Positions 59,700 through 64,000 of a stretch of DNA of 64,000 nucleotides are shown here, in pieces (position 1 is the stretch's first letter; every line of letters starts with the position of its first letter). Under the pieces are notes generated by a model. The model was given only the letters and a program-made list of their open reading frames with translations, had not been told where the DNA came from and made no database searches. The position numbers were made by a program, and so were the translations under genes. Location: the NCBI GenBank assembly GCA_964619725.1, contig CAZUFC010000006.1:32001-96000 (forward strand), read 5' to 3'. Origin of the DNA: an uncultured bacterium. Lineage in GTDB: Bacteria; CSSED10-310; CAZUFC01.

Positions 59700-60623
59700 T
59701 TATCGCACCAGGTACTCGAACACGGCCTGCAGGTCTTCATCAGGCGAAACAAGCCGTCTGATTTCAACATGATCTTTTACAACAGTTTCCGCCAGTCTGA
59801 GACAAAATTCATCGGGTCTGTCGGTTTCAATTGTAAGTCCATCCCTGGAGCGGTCGAATTTGATGGATAATATGTCGCCATGACTGATCAATCTGGAAGC
59901 CAGCTTGTGTATTTCGGGCGAAATTATGTGAAACTGCAGAGGATGGGACCTGATGAGCTCTCTTATTTCGAATATTTTTCCGGAGGCCAGTATTTTTCCA
60001 TGATTCATAAGCACGATGTTCTCCGTCATTGATTCGACTTCATGCAGAATATGGCTTGAAACCATGACGAATTTGTTTTCCAGACCGAATTTTCGGATCA
60101 GTTTAATGCACATTCGCCTGCCCAGCGGGTCCATACCGTTTAAAGGTTCATCTAGAAAAATTATTTGAGGATCATGTGCGATGCTTTGGGCCAGTTTTAA
60201 TCTTTGCCTCATTCCTTTACTGTAAGCGCCGACTTTACGATCTTTTTGATCGATCAGGCTGACGGTTTCCAGGGCAGCCAGCGCTTTTTCGGATGCCTGG
60301 GATACATTGAACCCCGACAAACGAAGCAGATATTCCAGAAATTGATACCCGGTCAAACGGTCGTAAAAAGCATCGAACTCCGGGCAGTAGCCGATGATCC
60401 TGTTTAATGAGGGATTATTCCAGATGCTCTGATTAAGGATTCTGATTTTTCCGAGTTTGGGTTTAAGTTGACCGGTAAGGAGACGAATCAGGGTCGTCTT
60501 TCCTGCTCCGTTGGGTCCCAGAAGTCCAACGACTCCCTCCCCCAGCTCAAAACTGACGTCATTGACGCCAATGACCTGTCCGTACCATTTGCTTAAATTT
60601 TCAACCGATATAATAGACGTCAT
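59700..60623 (-). CDS. ABC transporter ATP-binding protein
   Basis: GPNGAGKT, YSKGMRQR, FLDEP, SSH. Confidence 0.95.
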   Translation of the reverse strand: MTSIISVENLSKWYGQVIGVNDVSFELGEGVVGLLGPNGAGKTTLIRLLTGQLKPKLGKIRILNQSIWNNPSLNRIIGYCPEFDAFYDRLTGYQFLEYLLRLSGFNVSQASEKALAALETVSLIDQKDRKVGAYSKGMRQRLKLAQSIAHDPQIIFLDEPLNGMDPLGRRMCIKLIRKFGLENKFVMVSSHILHEVESMTENIVLMNHGKILASGKIFEIRELIRSHPLQFHIISPEIHKLASRLISHGDILSIKFDRSRDGLTIETDRPDEFCLRLAETVVKDHVEIRRLVSPDEDLQAVFEYLVR

Positions 60624-61486
60624 TTGATGATTTCCGTCGGTTTAACTTTAATTCTGAGTATTGCCGCGCAGACCAGGGCGAATGCCGAAAGATAAATTGC
60701 GGAGACGAACATATCTGCTGAGCCTCTTGAGGATTCAAGCATAAAAAGACCGTTTCCTATGGCTCTTAATGCGTCGAGCATCGACAGCGCTCCAGTCCAC
60801 TTGTTCGGGAAAAAACTGTAAAGAAAGCCCTGCAATAAACCTGAACCGAAAACGACAAAAAGTGCACCTAAAACCGCATGCCGCCGTCGCGAACTCAGTG
60901 CGGATACGGCTAAAATCATCAGCCCCAGACTTATAGTCAGCGTCAGGTAATACCCGGTTATGGGCAGGAAAATCCAGTAATAGGCCTTGAGAAATTCAGG
61001 CGAAACAAGACAGGCTAAGGCAAAGCTGCCTAATCCCGGCAGCAGGCTTACGAAAGCCAGGTATCCGCCGACGATCATGAGTTTTCCCAGGAAATAATCC
61101 AGGCGAGTGATGGGTTTGGAAAAATAAAGTTCCAGGGCTTTATTTCGCTGATCGTCGCAGATCAGGCTGTGACCGGCAACCAGGCTAAGAAAGAAATATA
61201 TGATGGTTTGCACGTCCAGAGCCTTGGCGAAAAAAACGGGCTTGATTCCTTCCACTTCAAACATATCTTTAACCATTTTCATTATTTCCGGGGATTCCTG
61301 CAGTCTGGCGAAGGCGATAATCCCGCCGGTAAAAAACAACCAACTGACGGCCGATGAGAAAAGAATGAATTTCACCAGTTTCCCGAATTGACTCCGTATG
61401 CCCGTGACGCTTATTACCAGCCAACGAAAACGGCCGGCGGTCCTTTTGCCTTCCCATCGTCTGTATGTTTGTTCAAAAATCGGCAC
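60620..61486 (-). CDS. ABC-2 type permease
   Basis: MPIFEQTYRRWEG, D.RNKALELYFSKPITRLDY..GK. Confidence 0.85.
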   Translation of the reverse strand: MPIFEQTYRRWEGKRTAGRFRWLVISVTGIRSQFGKLVKFILFSSAVSWLFFTGGIIAFARLQESPEIMKMVKDMFEVEGIKPVFFAKALDVQTIIYFFLSLVAGHSLICDDQRNKALELYFSKPITRLDYFLGKLMIVGGYLAFVSLLPGLGSFALACLVSPEFLKAYYWIFLPITGYYLTLTISLGLMILAVSALSSRRRHAVLGALFVVFGSGLLQGFLYSFFPNKWTGALSMLDALRAIGNGLFMLESSRGSADMFVSAIYLSAFALVCAAILRIKVKPTEIIK

Positions 61487-61500
61487 GGTTTTTCCTGTCC

Positions 61501-62412
61501 CTACGTCAATGCCTCGGCAAAAACATCCTCCAGGGTCATTCGTCCCGTATCGAGCTGCCTTATGGGGCTTTTCGTCCGCAATGAAACTTCAAAGAAAAGT
61601 TCCGTATTTGCGTTTTCCGGGAGTTCTACGGTAAAAGATTCTCTGTCTTCCGAAGTGGAAACCAGGCAGTTTTTTTGCTTTAATAATGAAATAAAGGATT
61701 CTTTGTTATCACGGACTCTGACGATGTAAGTTTTGAATTTATCGCCGCGGAGGTCGTCAATTCTTCCGGTAAGTTTGATCCGGCCGTGATCGAGTATAAT
61801 AATGTCGTTGCATACGTATTGAACGTCGGGGAGCAGGTGCGACGAAAAAATAATGCTGATGCCTTTATTGCGGCCTATGTCGCGGATAAGGTCCAGCATC
61901 TCCTGTCGTCCCCTGGGGTCCATGCCGTTTGTCGGTTCGTCCAGGAACATGAGCTGAGGATCATGCACAAGCGCTTGAGCGAGTTTAATGCGTTGGATCA
62001 TCCCCGATGAATAGGTTTCAAGATTGCGGTATTTTGCTTCACCCAATCCGACATACAGGAGCGCTTCGTGAGCCCTCTGCATGGCATCGCGCGAGGGCAA
62101 TCCGCATAATTTTCCGAAATAAGAAGTGAATGTCACAGCGTTCAAAGACGGCAGAAAAGTTTCGTTTTCCGGGAAGTATCCGATTTCCAGCCTGAGGTCT
62201 CTGTCTCCTTTTGCGATGGAGCGTCCCAGCAGTTCTGCATGACCTTCAGAGGGAATCAATCCCAGCAGGGCTTTGATTAAACTGCTTTTGCCGGCTCCGT
62301 TGGGACCGAGCAATCCAATGGGTCCCGGGGGCACATCCAGGGAAATGCCGTCAATAGCTTTAATTTTTCCGTATTTGACCGAAAAATTTTCCAGCCGAAT
62401 AACTGCTTCCAT
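61501..62412 (-). CDS. ABC transporter ATP-binding protein
   Basis: GPNGAGKS, YSSGMIQR, FLDEPT, SSH. Confidence 0.95.
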   Translation of the reverse strand: MEAVIRLENFSVKYGKIKAIDGISLDVPPGPIGLLGPNGAGKSSLIKALLGLIPSEGHAELLGRSIAKGDRDLRLEIGYFPENETFLPSLNAVTFTSYFGKLCGLPSRDAMQRAHEALLYVGLGEAKYRNLETYSSGMIQRIKLAQALVHDPQLMFLDEPTNGMDPRGRQEMLDLIRDIGRNKGISIIFSSHLLPDVQYVCNDIIILDHGRIKLTGRIDDLRGDKFKTYIVRVRDNKESFISLLKQKNCLVSTSEDRESFTVELPENANTELFFEVSLRTKSPIRQLDTGRMTLEDVFAEALT

Positions 62413-62658
62413 AATGCAGGTCCTGTTCTCAATGGTCTGCAACTTAAACCTGAATTCGACTATAAGCCTTTGAATGGCCAAGGTCAAATAAAAATTTGCA
62501 GCTTTTCATTTGACATTTATCCCTCGAATGAATACATCTGAATTGTAGAATGTTTGGGTCCGAGGCAAAACTTCGACCTGAGTTCAAACATTTTTCAAGT
62601 GAAGGGTTGGGAGAAATCATTAATTTTATAGCGCATTTTTGAAGGAGGTTTTTCAAAG

Positions 62659-63975
62659 ATGATGAAACGAAAGATAGCGGGATGGTTAACGGCGAGTTTG
62701 ATGATTTTAAGTCTGGCGGGGTTTGTCTGTGCGGCTGAAGTCCAGCATTCGGAGCTGGCGGAGATACAGAAGGCCATAAAGGAATCCGGTGCTGATTGGA
62801 CGGCGGGGATGACATCCATGGCAAAATTAGGCAAAGAAGAATTCAAGACGAGATTAGGCGCAGTGGTTCCTTTCGAGATGCAGAAGAAACCCGGCGACAT
62901 AATTCATCATGAAAGCGAAAGCAAGGATTTGACGCCCAGCAATTATGACTGGCGAAACTACAACGGTATGGATTGGACGACGCCGATAAAAGATCAGGCG
63001 CAGTGCGGAAGCTGCACGGCATTCGGTTCGCTGGCGGCATTCGAATCTCTGTGGAAAATTCACAACAATGCTCCGTTAATGGAAATAGATTTATCCGAGC
63101 AGCATTTATTCATGTGTTCCGGAGGAGGTTGTTCAACCGGAGCGACGCTTCAGTCGCCGGCCATGTATATCGTCAACAACGGCGTTCCGGATGAGGCATG
63201 TTTTCCGTATACGGCTACGGATCAGCCTTGTTCGAACACCTGCCCTGACTGGCAGGAACGAGCGATTCAGGCCGGGAGCTGGAGGCAATTATTCGGCGGC
63301 GAATCAGCCGTAAAAGAAGCTGTCGCTGAAGCGCCAGTTCTGACTTCCTTTACGGTTTACGAAGATTTCCGTTATTACGAAGGCGGCGTTTATGAACACG
63401 TTTCCGGCGGCATGCTCGGCGGACATGCCGTATGCATCGTCGGATGGAACGACTCTGAAAACTCCTGGATCGTTAAGAACTCCTGGGGAACAGAATGGGG
63501 TGAAGAAGGCTGGTTCAGAATTAAACGGGGCGATTGCGGCATAGGAATGAATACCATCGCTTTCTCCATGGAACCGGGCGGTTGTATGGCCAATGAAACG
63601 GCAAAAGATACGGACGTGTGGTCTCAGTTGGAAGTTTTAAGGACGTTCAGAGATGAATTCCTGGCCGACAGCGATATGGGTCGGAACCTGATAACGCTGT
63701 ATGAAGCTTTCAGCCCGGAAATAGCCTGGCGATGCTCTTTGAACGACTATACGCGCTATTCGGTGCTTAAAGCCGTTGAAGCCGCCGCTTCAATAGCGCA
63801 GAACTATCTCGAAACCGGCGAAGTTCAATTTTCAAAACAGGAAGTGAAAGTCATCCAGGCGGCTGCAGATCATCTTAAAGGCAATGCCTCACCGCCGTTG
63901 CGCTTCTTCATCAACATCGTCCAGGGATATCTGCACGACCTCTATTCGCCGAAACCGATCAAAGCCGTGCAATAA
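62659..63975 (+). CDS. Secreted papain-family (C1A) cysteine peptidase with CFI-box-CTERM-like tail
   Basis: YDWR, DQAQCGSC, LSEQ, GGHAV, KNSWG..WGE.G; GGC....LEVLRTFRDEFL....GR..I.LY...SP.IA. Confidence 0.92.
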   Translation: MMKRKIAGWLTASLMILSLAGFVCAAEVQHSELAEIQKAIKESGADWTAGMTSMAKLGKEEFKTRLGAVVPFEMQKKPGDIIHHESESKDLTPSNYDWRNYNGMDWTTPIKDQAQCGSCTAFGSLAAFESLWKIHNNAPLMEIDLSEQHLFMCSGGGCSTGATLQSPAMYIVNNGVPDEACFPYTATDQPCSNTCPDWQERAIQAGSWRQLFGGESAVKEAVAEAPVLTSFTVYEDFRYYEGGVYEHVSGGMLGGHAVCIVGWNDSENSWIVKNSWGTEWGEEGWFRIKRGDCGIGMNTIAFSMEPGGCMANETAKDTDVWSQLEVLRTFRDEFLADSDMGRNLITLYEAFSPEIAWRCSLNDYTRYSVLKAVEAAASIAQNYLETGEVQFSKQEVKVIQAAADHLKGNASPPLRFFINIVQGYLHDLYSPKPIKAVQ

Positions 63976-64000
63976 AGCATTAAAAAATTGACGTTTTAAA

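Noticed and set aside
62549-62592. Hairpin with GGCAAA as a possible c-di-GMP riboswitch
   Set aside because: Lacks the GNRA loop/receptor two-stem consensus

Overview
Gene-dense chromosomal window from a diderm bacterium of unclear lineage (TolC/RND pump, outer-membrane beta-barrel, type IV pilin, smpB; standard genetic code). It contains no rRNA, tRNA, tmRNA, CRISPR array, transposase or phage block. It is unusually rich in exported or surface proteins. Main signals: (1) Three unrelated secreted proteins (a beta-helix protein, a C25 gingipain-type protease and a YCF48/BNR-type propeller) end in the same ~115-aa domain (ILD[VI]YG..W..F.WP..G..G.F) after a Pro/Thr linker. This is a candidate uncharacterised C-terminal sorting or anchoring system, and it sits alongside IPTL-CTERM-like and CFI-box-CTERM-like tails on other proteins. 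(2) Three copies of a 153-166 bp MITE with GG-initiated inverted ends and an internal variable RTCGNN hexamer array; two copies keep 8-bp target-site duplications. (3) A cobalamin riboswitch upstream of an unannotated acidic, membrane-tethered protein. (4) A small accessory patch (6.8-10.2 kb) with an intact nucleotidyltransferase gene pair and a decayed gene pair. (5) A BglII/BstYI-type nuclease plus MT-A70 methyltransferase cassette. (6) A sigma54-type pilin promoter with enhancer-like palindromes. (7) A HAD phosphatase coupled to a kinase-ATPase-TPR protein. (8) An apparent 5' G-rich to 3' C-rich gradient within transcription units. All family calls come from motif recognition by eye; no database searches were run.
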